Source of the DNA: Lingula anatina | Lineage: Eukaryota; Animalia; Brachiopoda | Assembly: GCA_051362555.1 (NCBI GenBank) | Contig: CM120643.1 | Location: 11,568,644-11,632,643, forward strand | Direction: 5' to 3' | Length of the DNA: 64,000 bases | Shown here: positions 49,401 through 63,836 of the stretch, one piece after another | Layout of the letters: the number at the start of each line of letters is the position of its first letter | Numbering within the stretch: position 1 is the stretch's first letter | Made by a program: the position numbers and the translations under genes | The notes under the pieces: generated by a model | What the model was told of the DNA's origin: nothing | The model's database searches: none | What the model saw: only the letters and a program-made list of their open reading frames with translations

Positions 49401-52400
49401 GTTTTACCAGTAACTGTTGTATTAATGGATCAAAATAGCATTGCACTAACATTTTAAGACTGAATCTTAAAGTTGAGACCCACTTTTAAGTTCTGTAAAT
49501 TAGAAATGGGTTCCTAATACAAGTGCCAGATTGGTTACGAAGACACATTTTAGGTTAATTTGCATATTTTATAGCTGATCATTTTCTCCAGCTTAAAAAA
49601 AAAAAAAAAACCAAGCCAGCATCAGCTGGGTGTTACTTTCCTTGAAGCTTGTTTACATGTACTTTCCTTTCATCTCCACCAAAATGAACATGTCAATACC
49701 AGGAAACCTGCACTGAGTGGTTGCTTATATCACCATGTTGGCTTCACAAATAGGCGGAGTTCACATGATGAAAATCTTCAAATGCTGTTAGTCAGTATAA
49801 TACATTGACAATAAATAGTGAAGGCTATTTTTTTTCACCAGCAGGGTTTATTCGCAGTATGGTTATCCTTGGTTGTAAGAGTTGATTGCAATCTGAATAG
49901 GCTCATTGCTTGACTGCATGCTGTGGACTTTACATATGGTGTGATCTGTTTATGATCTCCCAAAGTAGCAGAGTTTACAGTATTAAATCATGCCTGGTTA
50001 TGAGGTTAATTACAATTGTTAAAGTTGATTGCTTGACCCTGTATATATAGTATACTGTCATCCCTATGGTGGGCTATACATACATCTGATACATTCATGG
50101 AAGCAGCTGAATATTCTAAGAACGAGGTCAGACTCAATGGATTCAGAGAGTCAATTATCTGTTATCTGTCAGTTTTGATTATTTGACCCTGTTCTGATCC
50201 AGACATTATGTGTCCAGACCGCATGGCTTTTAATGAAAACTAGTATAAAAATATAATCAGATGATCCCATTTAGAAGCCAGTGGGTATAAATTTCCTGAC
50301 TCAAAAATAGATTTTTTTTATCACTTTGTTGCAGCACAGTATCATTTTTTAACCTCAGATCAGTTTGAGGCTAGTTTGTAGGCCTACAAAAATTGTGCAT
50401 TTTAATTTTTGGCAGTGAAAACCAATAATTCCAGTCCTGTACAGCTAGGGCTCCGCCGTGAATGGAATTCCTTGTGAATTGGCCAAAGGACTTGTCTCGG
50501 TTTATCACAGTAATGTGAACTCTAGATAAACATTGGTGTGCTAATAAACCAGATGCACTCAAGGTATCAGTTTGTTATGTAAATAAAGCACATTTCCGGG
50601 ATAAAGCACATTTCTGAGATACATTCAGGTGGAACATGCAGATTTAGACTACAGTGTAAGGCCATCAGGTATATGTGATACACAGCTGAATTATTAGACG
50701 ATTTAGATTATTCTGTGGACTTACGGGTGTGTTCCCAATTAAACTATAGCACTAGATAGATCAATCCAACTCCCCGGGGTTTCTTGCTGAAAGCAGTCAG
50801 ATTAATTGAATGACACCTTGAATGATGCCTCCTCGGGCAGCTAGGGGGAGGATTTACTTTCATGTACGCTTGCATTGGCTTCTGGAAGCCTTTTCTCTTC
50901 ATTTTAAGTGTGACTGAAAGGAATATACTGCGACCCAATGCATCCTTAAAAGCTACAGCACTTAAATAGATTTTTTAGGTAATTCCTTAATACATTTGAA
51001 CAACATAAATTACCTCCCCCCTGCCCCCTTAAATGATTTGTTATAAGTTATAGTTGATTCATAAGTTGATTCATGTCAGCAGGTTTATTGTTGTGGGTAT
51101 TTGAAAACAATAATTTCTGTAAGTACAAGGAACATATTGTGTAGGGTTTTCATGCTCTTTTTTTATTTCTAATCTCATTGGTGTTAAATTTTCTGTGATA
51201 CTTTTGATCAATGTTTGTATGTAACAGAACACTGTTGAATAACTTTTGGAGCTAAATTAGTGTTGTTATTGATCAGAAGTCTGGATATGGTTTAAAGTTT
51301 CCTAAAATGAATGAACAATTACTTTCAGTAGGAGGCTCATTTGTACATGTACATAATAAGGTTACTGTTAATTGGTTCCTTTGTCTGTCTATGCTTGCAC
51401 GATTGAGGTTCTCTTAAATCTCCGTTGGCATGGACATAATGACTTCTACGTTGAAAATATATATTTCTCTGCTGTTATTGTGAAAACCCAATTTTGTGTA
51501 ATGATAAATTTAAGTTAGCATTGATGCATATGCACACATGCACAGACACACACAAACACACACACACACACACACACATACACACACAGACATAGATGGA
51601 TCAAATTTCAATCTGAGAAGAACTTTTTCCTGGCCAATATGGCTGTTCGTTGGACTCCCCCCCCCCCCCCCCCCCAATTTTTCACTGTGTACTAACACAT
51701 AACTGCTACAATTAATTTTGTCAGTATCAAATCAGGCCAGTGTGGACTTGGGTCAGCCAGACAGGTTTGAGACAGGTCAAAAATAAGACCAGTATGAGAA
51801 ATGTGAACCATGATACCCAGGTCGGGTTATACTTTAGGTCAAAAACCAGGCTGACTGCACCAAACTGAACTGATTGTGTCTTGAAACATGGCACTAGCCA
51901 GCTGCAGGCAACTGATCAGCTGTCTCTGCTTCCAGAAACCTTTGTTATCTTCAGGCCTTGCTTTGCATTGATTTATCTGTTAAAAACCTTCATCAGGCAG
52001 TTTGACATTGGATTTGAAAAATGCATGGATGCCAGGAACCCCTGTTGAGGTTGTTACTCTTTATTATTAGATTAAAAAAGCAATGACAAAATTTTGTCTC
52101 TGCTCGAACCACACCCTGCTTTTGCAGTGTTGCTTTCCATAGATCTTTGGGTCGATCCATGTAGACCAGATTTTCATTGTGAAGAGCCCTTATAATTGGC
52201 TGCTTTGAGCTTTTATTTATATATGCTGAGTTATTCTTTAGTGCTCCAAGTATCGTTTTTAAGAGCATCTTTGGTTGGGTGTTTGGTATGGCCTTGCCAG
52301 CCAAGAGATCTTAACTGCTTTATGTTTCTTTGCAGGCTATCATTGATCTGCCAAGTATATTTATTCTTTGGTAAACAATTAATTACTGCATAAAAGTATT

Positions 52401-54720
52401 TTTATATCATGGTTATCTTTATTGGTGTATTGGCCTCTGGGAAATTGACTGACTGTTTGAAGAGATAGCCTTCAACCAGAGACGCCAATATATGCAAGTT
52501 ATACCCAAGTCAGCTGAGGTGAGGATGAACAGAAAATGAATATTGGCATTTCATCAGAGGATTCACTTTCAGGGTTTAAAGACTGAATCAGTTTGGATTT
52601 ATCAAAGCCAGGCTCCCAGAGGATCTTCACTTGCTAATACAGAAAGTTCTTAATTGACATAGAGATCAAAAGGAAGCAAGTGGCAGTGGGTTATTAACCC
52701 TAAAGTAGTGCCTGTTATTTGAAATTATGTGCTTCAGTGCATCATGAAATTCCAACTCTTGCACATCTTAAGTTTTTTTATTTTTATTATTTTTAAAGCA
52801 CATTTATAGAAGAACTTGACCAGCTGAGGTATAAGAATATTGATTTTTCAGAAGAGATTAATTTCTCTGTGCCAATCAATTGTGTGTGTGTGCGTGGGTG
52901 CGTGCATTATTGTATTTGGACATGCATATATGAATCAAAATGAAGGCTGAAGTGAGAAAATCTTTTGAAGGAATCTCAGTGGTTCTTCAAAAAAAAAAAA
53001 TAAAATAATAATAAATAAATAAATAAAATAAAATAAATAAATGAATAAAAATGAATAAATAAAGAGTATTTATCAGCATACCTCATTATAACTTATCAGT
53101 GGCTGATCACATAAAGTTTTTATTTTTATCATTTTAAGGAGAGTAACCAGTCAATCCTTAGTGATAATTAATTTTATTGATGCTGGCTGAAAGTCCCTAG
53201 ATGTCATGCCAATCCTCATACTGCTTCAAGGAGGAGCAAGTATGACTCCAGATCAGACATTCCGACTCCTGTGATAATAAAACGGATGACATTGATAATG
53301 ATGAATGCACCCTAGGCTTGTATAAGTCAGAAGGAAGTTTTAAGTACTATATCTGGCCTATGGGGTGTGCCCGTTTCTTTGTCTCTATTGGAAATGCTTT
53401 GATTTTTTACTGGATCAGTAGAATTTAAATTTTTATTACTTTTCCAGTTTAATTAAAATATTTTTCCTCAGAAATGTTCAGTAAGAATTAAAATTTTATT
53501 ACTTTTCTCGTTTAATTAGAATATTTTTTCCCTAAGAAATGTTGAAAGTTTTGATTTATTACCAGCATTTGACTCGTTTATTATTTCTAACAGAAGCATA
53601 TACCTACAGCCTATATATTTGAAGGGGGAGGAGGGGAATTAATGAGCCAGTGTGCATGGTGCAAAAAGTTCAGAATAATTGACAAGCAACTGAGGTGGCC
53701 TTAACATGGCCTTGAGACATGTAGAGATCCTTTTGATTACTTGTTCGACCTTTCTGAAGTTCAAATCGGTTCACAAACCAGAGGGCTGCTAAAACACAGA
53801 ACAAGTTACCTGTAGAATTAACATGGATGTTATTTGGACACTGTAGTACAAGGTTAACTGTGCCTGATTTACATAAGGTTTAAGGGAGTGGTAGAGCTCC
53901 AAGTGGCCCAAACATTAGGTATTCCTAGTTTGTGCTATCACCCATCATAGAGGAGGGACAGGAGAGAGATTTGATGAGTCCTGGCATTGTCTGGTTGCAT
54001 GGAGACCATGAGTACATATTCCCTGGTAAGACATAGAGAAAATATGGCATGAGGTTAATGGTGTCTGTTGGTAATTAGGAGTTTAGTTTTAATGTGCACT
54101 CTAAATTATTGATGTAGTTTCAGTTAGTCTTGATATTGGTTTCAGGGTTCATCCCAGATCTAAGGTGTGTTTCTGCGTAGATGGGTATACTATACTATTT
54201 TTGCAAATTGCTTTTTTTCTATGGTAATCTGCAACTATCTCTTGGCTTGCTTTGATAGAAGGCTTATTATATGACTTCAGAGAAAAAAAGCTTATGAGTT
54301 CTTGGAAGATGATAGAGTTGCATGTTGTTAAATTGTCACATAGGCTCAATACAGGCATGCTAGGATATAGTTTTGGGATGGCTTTCATTATCTTTTCAAT
54401 GAGATTGCTGGGGCCTGGTTGTTGTATCCATTTCTTTGTATGTAGTATGTGTGAGATAAAACACTGTCACTCCAGCCATGTATACCAAAACACTTCTTGC
54501 TGGTGCTCAAGGTGATCAAGGCACATATCATGAGAGGGTAGCAGTGTATTGTGTGACATATACACTGTAGCATTGGGATGAAGTACTCTCATTTCAAAGA
54601 AAAACACCCCCTAAACCAACATTTCTGTTGCTTAAGACTCAGATGGATAATATCCAAGGACAGTTACGTGTAGCTCCCTGTTTAACTTCACAGGACAGCA
54701 TGAAGCCAATGATATTTTTT

Positions 54721-54753
<33 letters not shown>

Positions 54754-57700
54754 AACTGTGCTGCAAGACTGCAAGACATGAAAAATAGCAATGATGACTC
54801 CCAGTGAAAAAATGATGGAACTGAAATGAGATCCCACAGTTTTGATGTAATGGTTACAGATCTCTCCTTGATGATCAGATAGATAGCCTTAGTGTTACGA
54901 TGTCGTGCAACATTGTTGCTAGAAATTACATGAAATTCCGTTTATTGTCTGACGTTGATAAACAGCTGTTGATAAATTATTCTACCAGGGCAAGTGGTTG
55001 AATAAGCTGTGTGTGAATGGTTTCATGTTCACTTTACTAGCAAGACACAAAATTATCAATAAAATGTTGTCTCTGTTTCACAAATTATCAAGTTCCAAAA
55101 TTGTAAACAAGGAGAATCCTTGTTGTTAACAATGCCTTTTTTCATAAAATGCCTTATTGCAGTAGTTTCAGTTAAATGGAAATTAAGTGAAAATTGCATT
55201 AGTAGCATTTAGGAATATTAACTCGATGGTGAAGACAAAAATAGATCACAGTTATGAAAGGAGGGTTTAGCGAAAGGTCAAGATATAGGCTACAAGCCTC
55301 AAGGGTCCTTACAAATGATGTAAGCTTCATGACGATTTGTTTGTGTAGCAGCTCTGCGATTTTATCATCTCCAGTCCTCAAATTGCCCTCTCTTATTAAA
55401 GAAAAGGTTGTTAGGAGAAGTGCTTGTGTCTTTTTAACTGAATTATAAATGGTTTACAAAACCATGTTTTGGTAAATATATGGTTAATATATTTAATTGT
55501 GAAAAAAAAGCACAAAGTTTATAAAAAAATTATGAAATTATTGAAAGTGGAATCAGTACGGTGGCATTGTTGTTGGTGTGCTTACTTCCCTGAGGGATAA
55601 CAGACGTGATGATCATTTTGTAATAACTGGGAAGGCTTCTGGAGTCAGTGTCACTCCTCTTTGTTAATGAAACGGCTGATTAAAAGTCCTTGCCAGCCAA
55701 GTGATTGATTGACAGAATGGCCTGGTTTATGCAAAGATTTATTTATGCAAATTTCAGGAAGAGGAATGTGCTAATGTTTTATTGCATGTGCCATAATTTA
55801 AGTGTTATCATTATTTTGTGAAATATATATACAGTTTTTGATGCACACACGCATTATACACACTGTTCACTCATTACTATTATGATTATTAACACAAATG
55901 ACATAACACTACATCTAGGATTTCGTGCAACACATAACATCCAGGGGCTTGAAATATTTAATTACAAAGCCATCTCCTCATGGCGACAATCTTTTACCTT
56001 AAAATATTGAAATACCACCAGCCACATCTGACAAGCATTGTATGTGTTGATGTGATGAATTTTTTCTTCTAAATTAAAAATGTATTGTTCTGCTTTGTAC
56101 CATTTGAACATGTTGATAAGACAAGAATCTTTTAATTTGTTTTCAGATATTTTCCTTTGCTAGGTGTTATAGTGATACCAGGTACTGAGTGTTGCTTGTT
56201 ATCAAATCTTAATTAAATCTTGTTAAGTCTCCACACAAATTCTGATTATCGCTGTCTCCCAACTTATCCGGAAATTGTGTTTTTCAAATGACATTTCAAT
56301 GTCAAAAAATATTTACTCATTTTGTGATGTAGTGAATGCTATGCAGCAATATAGTATGTATCTCCACATAACTGGAAAACTATCATTTATCTACAACAAA
56401 TCTTATGGAGTGGAATTTTTTTTTTTTTTTGGCATCAGTTAAAATTTATGAACTATCTCCAACTCAGTCTGTGCATATCGCAGTTCCTTTCCCAAAGCAC
56501 ACTGTCTTATAGATCTATACATTATGAGTGGTCTGCCAGGGCCGTAGCGATAGTCCGAAGGTTCAATAGTCCGAAGGTTCATTGGTCCGAATGTTCACTA
56601 TAGAACCTTCGGACCAATGAACCCTTGATTAAAAAATCGATGAAAATGTTACCACTTTTTGGACCAATGAACCTTCGGACCAATGAACCTTCGGACTATC
56701 GAGACGCCCCCGGTCTGCCGTACAGGGGAAGTTAACAAAATAGCTATCTGTAGGTATCTATTTTTTTCACAGATGGCACAGAGAAAAGTGATATTGCATT
56801 TGATTTTGCAGCACAATCATTCCCCTTTGATTTGATCTACTACAGCTGCAGAGTTTTCAGGTTTTGGTCTCTTATATATTTTTGTGCACTTGCATGTGCA
56901 GTAAGTTGGAGCATTGTTTTTTTCTCCTTTGCGTATATTGCCTGTATGAAATGTTTTTATGGGAACTAATTATGGTACATTTTCCTCAGAATTTATGTGG
57001 AATTTTCATTCTGGTCAAGGAAAGTAAACAGGCTCTTGCATGGATTTTCTAGAGCTGACCTCCATTGCCCTTGGTCAAAATTGAAATCGTGGTGTCTTTT
57101 GGAATTTAATTTCATTTAACGATAATTCAGTAAACTAGGGAGTTAAATGCCAGGAATCAATGTTGGTAGACAGTCTTTGGGCTTATTCCCAGTGAAACTC
57201 TCACTAAATGCAGTCATGAATACAGCCCCAGCCTTCTCCTGGTATTGAGTAGATAATAGAAAAGCTGGTGATTATCCGAGTATGTTGGAAAGTGTGTCAT
57301 TTAGTTAATCTGATTGCATTCAGCGAGAGTAACCACTCACCCAATTCCAAATACCAATAAAATTTAAACCACTGGGTCATTCAAATTTCCTAAATTTGTT
57401 AATTTACTGACCACTATTTCTTCTTTGGGCCAGTTAATTCTTAGGGTGTGTTCACAATGAAGCTATCATACTAGGTAGTTCGAACTAACTTCACAGGGAC
57501 TCTTGCTAAATGCAACCAGATTAAAAGATTAACACGCCTCCTCCTTGAGTAGTATACATACAAGTTGGTTATTATATGAGTACATTGGAAAAGAAGAGGC
57601 ATGTTAATATGTTAATCTGATTGCATTCATTTAGAGTTCACGGGTAGTTTGGATTACCTAGAATGATAGTTTCATTGTGAACTTACCCTTATACCCGATG

Positions 57701-58446
57701 CCCCAAAGGACCAAAAAGCTTTAAAAAGTTATTGACACAGACTATCAACTTAATAGTTTGATAGAGTTAGACTCCGTTCACATGAAAAATCTATTTTCTA
57801 TTCGCGGTATCTTGTGATTAGAAAATAGATTTTTCATGTGAACGAAGCCTTAGTTTCATAATTATCTAGTCTACTCTAGTCTTTGAGTCTAAAGTGGTAG
57901 AAATCACTATATGCTGTGCCTTTTCTACCTCTTTGAGTCTAAAGTGGTAGAAATCACTATATGCTGTGCCTTTTCTGCCCCTTCTTCCCCCTACCCTCAA
58001 AAAAAGTAATTGTAATTGTAAGTATTATAATGGTAGACATCATTTAGAGAAGTTTTAGATAGAATGAACCTTTTCCCAGCGTGAATACTACCTCAGTCAG
58101 CATAAATATCATTTTCTTGCTATGTTTATTTACAAATACAAGCAAATGATTGCTTTCGAATTGGCATCAAAGTAATCTTTTCATTTAATTCCCTGAAGTG
58201 AATTAATTCCTTTCTCTTGAGGAGGTTTAAGGAAATTTCCTTCTGACCCCTTGCTGGGTAATCAACTGTAAAAGTACGGAGGATTATTGAGTTCATGAAA
58301 TTAGAGTTTTGTTTCTGCTTTTGCTCTTGCTCATCCTCCGTGACTTATGCCACTTCCTCTTTGACATCCTTTATTATCTTACTTATTAATAATGTACAAC
58401 ATTGCAGACAGGGAAACTGACAGGATTTTTGTGTTGTATACAGTAA

Positions 58447-58499
<53 letters not shown>

Positions 58500-61186
58500 T
58501 TCACCTAATGTTATTGTTTTTAGGACAGTGATAATGTGCAGAATTATTGATTTTTTAACAGGCTTCCTTCAAATTAGCATCCAGGATTAATGGCTTGGAT
58601 ATCTGTAATTGTGATGATTGAAACCTCATAAATGGGTATAATGTCTGTCCTATCTCATATAGACCTTCTGCAATTATTACGGTAATTTTCCACAAAATTC
58701 ATATACCTCACATGTTACTGTTATTTTCCATACTATTTTTTTCACTTGAGAAAACGAAACAAAAAGAATAAATTTTTCATTGGTTTGTAGACCCCTTTAA
58801 ATGTACCACTATGGAAACATTTGGACTGGGGGAAGGTGACTATCTTCCATAAAAGCCAGGCTATTCAATGTCAATATCCTTAAGTATTTTGTTATAGATA
58901 AATGTTATGCAGGGAGTTAAAAGGGAATAACAGAATATTGTTTGTGAAAGTATGAATAATCCAATTTGTTTGAATCTGCTGAGTAATTACAGTAGTTGTA
59001 GTATTAAAGTATAACACCAAGTTAGAGAGGGGCATAGAATGAGATTTTCCTGTATGGGAGAAGTTTTATAGTTGCTGGAAGCATAGTAGACTAGACAGTT
59101 TTGTCAATGAGTTGGTGCAATTTATTGATTTTATATAAAGAATGCAGCGTAGTGAGTATCTTCGCAGCACCTCCATGATTTTCAGGCCTTCCCAACTACC
59201 AAACTCGGGCCCCGAATGATCCTGAATTCACCGGTATATCGGACTACAGTACCTGTTTTCAAGGTGTGCGTCAGTACATGCTTCGAAGTATCAGTTGCGA
59301 CACTGCTCTTGATTAGCACGCGATGTGATAGTGATGATTCTCAGCGGGTTGGAAAGTAGTGCATCTCATCTCAAAATTTGTTCCAGGGTATGATACTATG
59401 AAATGCGTACTGACACACACCTTGAAAACAGGAAGTGTGGTCCGATCTACCGGTGAATTCTGGATCGTTCAGTGCCCAGGCTGGCAGTTAGGTAGGTCTG
59501 ATTTTGTATCACGGAAATGAGAGAGATAGAGAATTAAATGACATTTGTCTTGATGTGGCCAAACTTCTGCAGATATTATGGGCTTTAAGATTAAACTTGA
59601 AATAAATAAAGCAAGAAATAAAGGCATAGGAGACTTATTTTGTGGTAAGTTTTTATCTCCTAGAAAAAAATGGATTTATGCACATGTAAGATTGAAGAGG
59701 CTCTCTTTTTGGTGAGCATTGAAAAATTGATGTTGATCTATACTTGAAGCAAAAATGTCATTGGATGGTGAACTTTTCCTTGGTGACTTTTCCCCATAAT
59801 TAAGGTCATTATAGAAAATATTTTGTCAGTGGTCCTTCTTACATTAAGTGGTACATCTAAATAGATAAGTCCACTTAAGAAAGTCCAGGCCTGTATGCTA
59901 CAGGGGTTTTTACTTCTCTACACCTCCCTGTTAAGGTAATTAATTGGTCATGTGTGGTGGACAGTTGGGGGGGGGGGGGGATTTAGGTAATTCTTTTATG
60001 AAATACATTGCTTTAAGTTGTCAATCTCTCACACTAGACCAGTCCAGGTAACTATACTGCTTGATTGATAAAAAAAGACCTTTCAGTTCATTTTCATTAG
60101 TGTTCTTCGTTGGCTCAAAATATTAAAGGAAGTTTAGGAAATTGGAGTGCTTTTTTACTAATAGTTATCTTGATTACAAAATCACATTTTAGGATGAAAG
60201 CATACAGAATAGACTAGACTGATAAAAGTCACCTTGGGCATCATTTTATCTGAGAATGAGGCAATTGTGTGACTACTGAATCATTACTGTTATTGCCTGT
60301 GGACTTCCTTTTTAGTCAAATTCAATGCTGACATTCTGATAAAAGTTCGTTTTCAGAGAAAAAAATGAAGGATAAAAAAAGGAAACTATTTGACATGGCA
60401 ATTGAAATGCAGTTTTGCAATATTTATTTTCTCCGTGGCTCCAGGGTTGGATATAAAAGTCAATTTCTCTTCATTTGATATTGAATTATATCTTTAAAAA
60501 TTGCCCTGGAGACCTAGAATGTATGTGTAGAGACCATACAGTACATTAGTCTTTCTGCTGTGTGGGGAAAGTGCAGTTAAACTTTTAAGAAATACTGAAT
60601 GGGATTAATTTTGTCTTTCTCTTATTATGATTTGCAACTTTTTTTTTTTTGGGGGGGGGGGGGGGGGGGCAGGGAGGGGGACGCAGAAAAAAGTACACTA
60701 ATTAAATGCAATGATATGAAGAAAAAGTTAAATAAGGTATGAAAAGGAGACAGACAGACAGACAGACATATAACTCAACACAACTAATCAGATCTGAAAA
60801 TCCAACCTTCCTCATTTGTGAAATGCTTCAACTAACCTGGCTTTAAAATTTTAAGTGATGAATTATAGAGGAATGTTAGAAATATAATAAGACTGTATAG
60901 TAAATTGGATATGAACCTCTCTTTTCCAGGTCCTGTATCACATGTTTGAGACATACAGCCATATTGGAGAGGACAACATCACAGCCCAAGATGTCCTTGC
61001 TGGAATTGCATCTTTCTGTATTGTTGGGATTGGGGGCACATTGGTCGGGGTGATCTACGGCCTCATCACTGCATTCATCACGCGTTATACAGACCACGTG
61101 CGCGTGATTGAGCCACTGTTTGTGTTTGTGATGTCATACCTCTCGTATCTGACAGCCGAAATCTTTCACCTGTCGGGAATTATGGC
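30720..61186 (+). CDS. SLC9A: Sodium/hydrogen exchanger, plasma-membrane type (SLC9A1-5/NHE2-3-like), partial; join(30720..30978,38750..39046,45263..45435,60930..61186), continues beyond the window
   Basis: Phase-consistent GT-AG exons. [99 protein letters not shown]. Confidence 0.95.
32529..32890. mobile_element. Second copy of the CAGACATGCTG MITE
   Basis: Colinear with 28392-28753; flanks cacaa/ctcaa. Confidence 0.88.
39069..39466. mobile_element. MITE just downstream of SLC9A exon 2
   Basis: TIR ggtgcgttcgcattgaagatagg / cttatcttcaatgtaaatgcacc. Confidence 0.65.
39660..39864. mobile_element. PIF/Harbinger-type MITE
   Basis: TIR GACTGCATTCCCACAGATTT..AAATCTGTGGGAATGCAGTC, TSD TTA. Confidence 0.88.
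41904..42159. mobile_element. Palindromic MITE with 5-bp TSD
   Basis: CAGGCCTTATA..TATAAGGCCTG, long inverted arms, TSD attaa. Confidence 0.85.
45633..45965. mobile_element. Foldback-type MITE with 16-bp subterminal repeats and 8-bp TSD, carrying a nested insertion
   Basis: TSD gttgtatc; units atagtccgaaggttca. An uninterrupted copy lies at 56538-56711. Confidence 0.85.
45746..45922. mobile_element. hAT-like MITE with 5-bp TSD nested in the previous element
   Basis: CAGGGCTTGACA..TGTCAAGAACTG, TSD gaacc. Confidence 0.85.
46375..46431. repeat. (TAAA)n microsatellite (others at ~19037, ~21689, ~22262, ~63793)
   Basis: Read directly from the sequence. Confidence 0.95.
56538..56711. mobile_element. 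Foldback-type MITE, 8-bp TSD
   Basis: AGGGCCGTAGCGATAGTCCGAAGG..CCTTCGGACTATCGAGACGCCCCC, TSD ggtctgcc. Confidence 0.88.
57444..57688. mobile_element. PIF/Harbinger-type MITE (related remnant ~50724-50946)
   Basis: GGGTGTGTTCACAATGAA..TTCATTGTGAACTTACCC, TSD TTA. Confidence 0.85.
57770..57849. mobile_element. 80-bp hairpin mini-MITE (Harbinger-like)
   Basis: Perfect arm cgttcacatgaaaaatctattttcta / tagaaaatagatttttcatgtgaacg, TSD TTA. Confidence 0.8.
57880..57976. repeat. Exact 50-bp-period tandem duplication
   Basis: tctttgagtctaaagtggtagaaatcactatatgctgtgccttttct occurs twice. Confidence 0.9.
58447..58498. repeat. (TG)n(AG)n microsatellite
   Basis: Read directly from the sequence. Confidence 0.9.
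59183..59500. mobile_element. Palindromic MITE with 5-bp TSD
   Basis: CAGGCCTTCCCAACT..AGTTAGGTAGGTCTG, ~110-bp inverted arms (gaattcaccggta.atcggac..cctgttttcaaggtgtg), TSD atttt. Confidence 0.85.
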
Positions 61187-63791
61187 GTGAGTATGAAAAG
61201 GTGTATGCAGTGATTAAATTTTTAGCATGACTTTTGAGGGGGAAAAAAGTTTAAAATGCAAACTTATTTCAGTGCATGCAGACAACTTTCTAGAAATACC
61301 ATGTTTAAGCATGGCTTCTTGCTTTTGGTAAAATACAAAAAAAAAAGAAAAAAGAAGAATGAATGAATTTTGGTGCATTTATATAACTAAAAAAATGCAG
61401 ATTTCTTGAGGTAATTTACCTTATTGCTTTAATCATTGGTAGATGATTTATTTTTTTGTCTTTTGCTTTAGTTAAAGGTTAATGACTTTTATCAGTTGCT
61501 TGATGTTTTGCCAGCTGTTATGAACACAGGTCATAATGTCTATGAACTTTACATTGAATTTTGGCTGCATGTAACCATAGGAAAATTGAGAATAACCATG
61601 TTCAGATGCCTGTATTGATGATAAATATTGAGGATCATAAAAATAGGATATTGTTCAGTAAATGTTAAAAAATATTGTTAAGGCAGACTGCTAAGTCGTT
61701 CCCTCTTGACACTTTACTGGAAAGGCACCTTTATAGTTTTTGAACAGGGAGTGCATATATGTGTATAACTTAGTATAAGTTGTGGGATTGAAATTCAGCT
61801 CAGAAATTTGTTGACATGTTTGCATTTGTGTGGGAAGAAGGAAAAATAAAGAATTAAGACTTAACAATGCAGAATAAAATAATTGAGCAGTCATTGGTGG
61901 AAAAACATAATAAACAAGACAGAATTGCATTTTTTTGTGGTAAAAAAAGAGTTTCATTTCCATGTGAGCTCTGGAAGTCGGGATCTTTGGCCTCTTTACC
62001 AATTGATTTACTTTTTGGCTATCGTTTATCCAGAGACAGTGAAATTTTGTTTTCAAGTGTGGATAATATCCCCCTGAGTTCCAGTCTCCTGGAAACTCGT
62101 CTGTATGAACTGCATTGTGCTGTTTTAATGAAATAGTCTCTGTACTTCGGTACTCTGAACCTTAGGGGATTATGGGATAGGACTACAGGCAGGATGGCTA
62201 TGGGGGTTTGAAAGAACTGCCTTTTGGTTTGAAAATTCTCTTTTCAAGATCAAAATTGAACCTTGGTTCTGTGCCATTTTTCAAGGTTGGGTCAACTAAG
62301 GGGATGCGAAGGTCCACTTTTTCAGGAAAAGACCCCCTCCCTCCCTTTTAAAATTGCTGGCTTCAGGACTAGACTAACATGAAGTTGTTTCATAATATTG
62401 GCAGTCTTGTTAGTTGTAGCTGCCACAGTTGGTTTAACTTATACCCATTTATCATTAATTTCCTTTGGCAGTTTCTGATAGGTTTGTAGTTTAAATAAAT
62501 TGGAAAGCATTTCTGCCAACTCTACAGTAATTATCTTGTTTGAAACAGCGTTGGCACTTTTCTCCCTTTTCCTTGAAAATTGCATTCTTCAAGAATGATG
62601 TGATTGGTTCTTTTTCTGAAAATTTTTCTCAGAAAATTTTATTGCGTCAATCTTTTGTAGAAGGGAATTTTCCCTAGTAGATTACAGCTTCACTTGTTTC
62701 TGCATGTAGGTTGCTTTACTAATCAAGCAGATCAGCTATGGTTCCTTCCCGTGAGATTAAAACACTGTGACATCAAACATTGAGAATAGAAATAACTTAA
62801 TTGGCAGGCCCCTATCCAGCAATTTCAAGGGGGGGGGGTATTATTATTATTATTATTTTTTCAAAAAGTGGACCTTTTATCATTAAACCTTTGTGTACCT
62901 AAATCAATGCATTTTTAACCAAGAGCGGACCTTTTCCTGGCAAAAAAAGTGGTTCAAACCCCCCCCCCTTCTGTGGACCTGCTCGGTGTACCAAGACCTT
63001 GACAGAAATTTATTTTGTTTATGAATCGCAAAGACAATCTCTGTTATGATAGATAAAATCTGTGAGCAGTCTTTGTTTGCAGTCTTTTGCTAGAATTTAT
63101 TTGAAATGAGAGCTGACAGGTAAAAAATGGTTTGCTTTTGGTCCAAAGATTCTCTATCCATCTTTGTGTGAATTCCTCGTGAGATTATTTGTCAGAATTG
63201 TCTTCAGCATGGAGCATTGATCTGTTTAGCGTGATGGATATCCTTACGAGCTCAGAGTTTTCTCCCCAAGGGCTATGAAGTGGACTATTGAGATAATGCC
63301 ACATATTTAATCCTGCCAGTTATCCTTATTAAGAACTGATGAGATGTGCAGATGCCATGGTGCATAATGAAACGCATTCAAAATAAAAATGCGTGGAAGG
63401 AACAAATGCTGTTGCATGTGGACGTATTGGCATGCAAAAGCATGCATATACACTTTTAAAGACATGCATGTGCATCTCATACACTCATGCATATATGTAT
63501 GCACACACAGTAATTGAGTCATGACTTGGTTGCAAACTATGCCAGAATATTACATATTCTTACTCCATTAAAATACTGTAGTAAGACCACATCCTTCAAG
63601 GACGTTGAAAGTGATCTAGGCAAAATATAAAATGCATTGTTTACATGCATAGCACTTGTTGAGTAGGTTTGTAGACACATTTCTGATGAAGAAGTACATG
63701 CATATATTCCACACACATTTGTCTGCCTCTTCAGTATTTGACAACAAATACAAGATTATCCAAAATTCCATTGCCTATCAACTTCAAGAAA

Positions 63792-63836
<45 letters not shown>

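Noticed and set aside
31200-60800. Many 60-120 aa ORFs in SLC9A introns
   Set aside because: No recognisable domains; low-complexity or MITE-derived, apart from the true exons.
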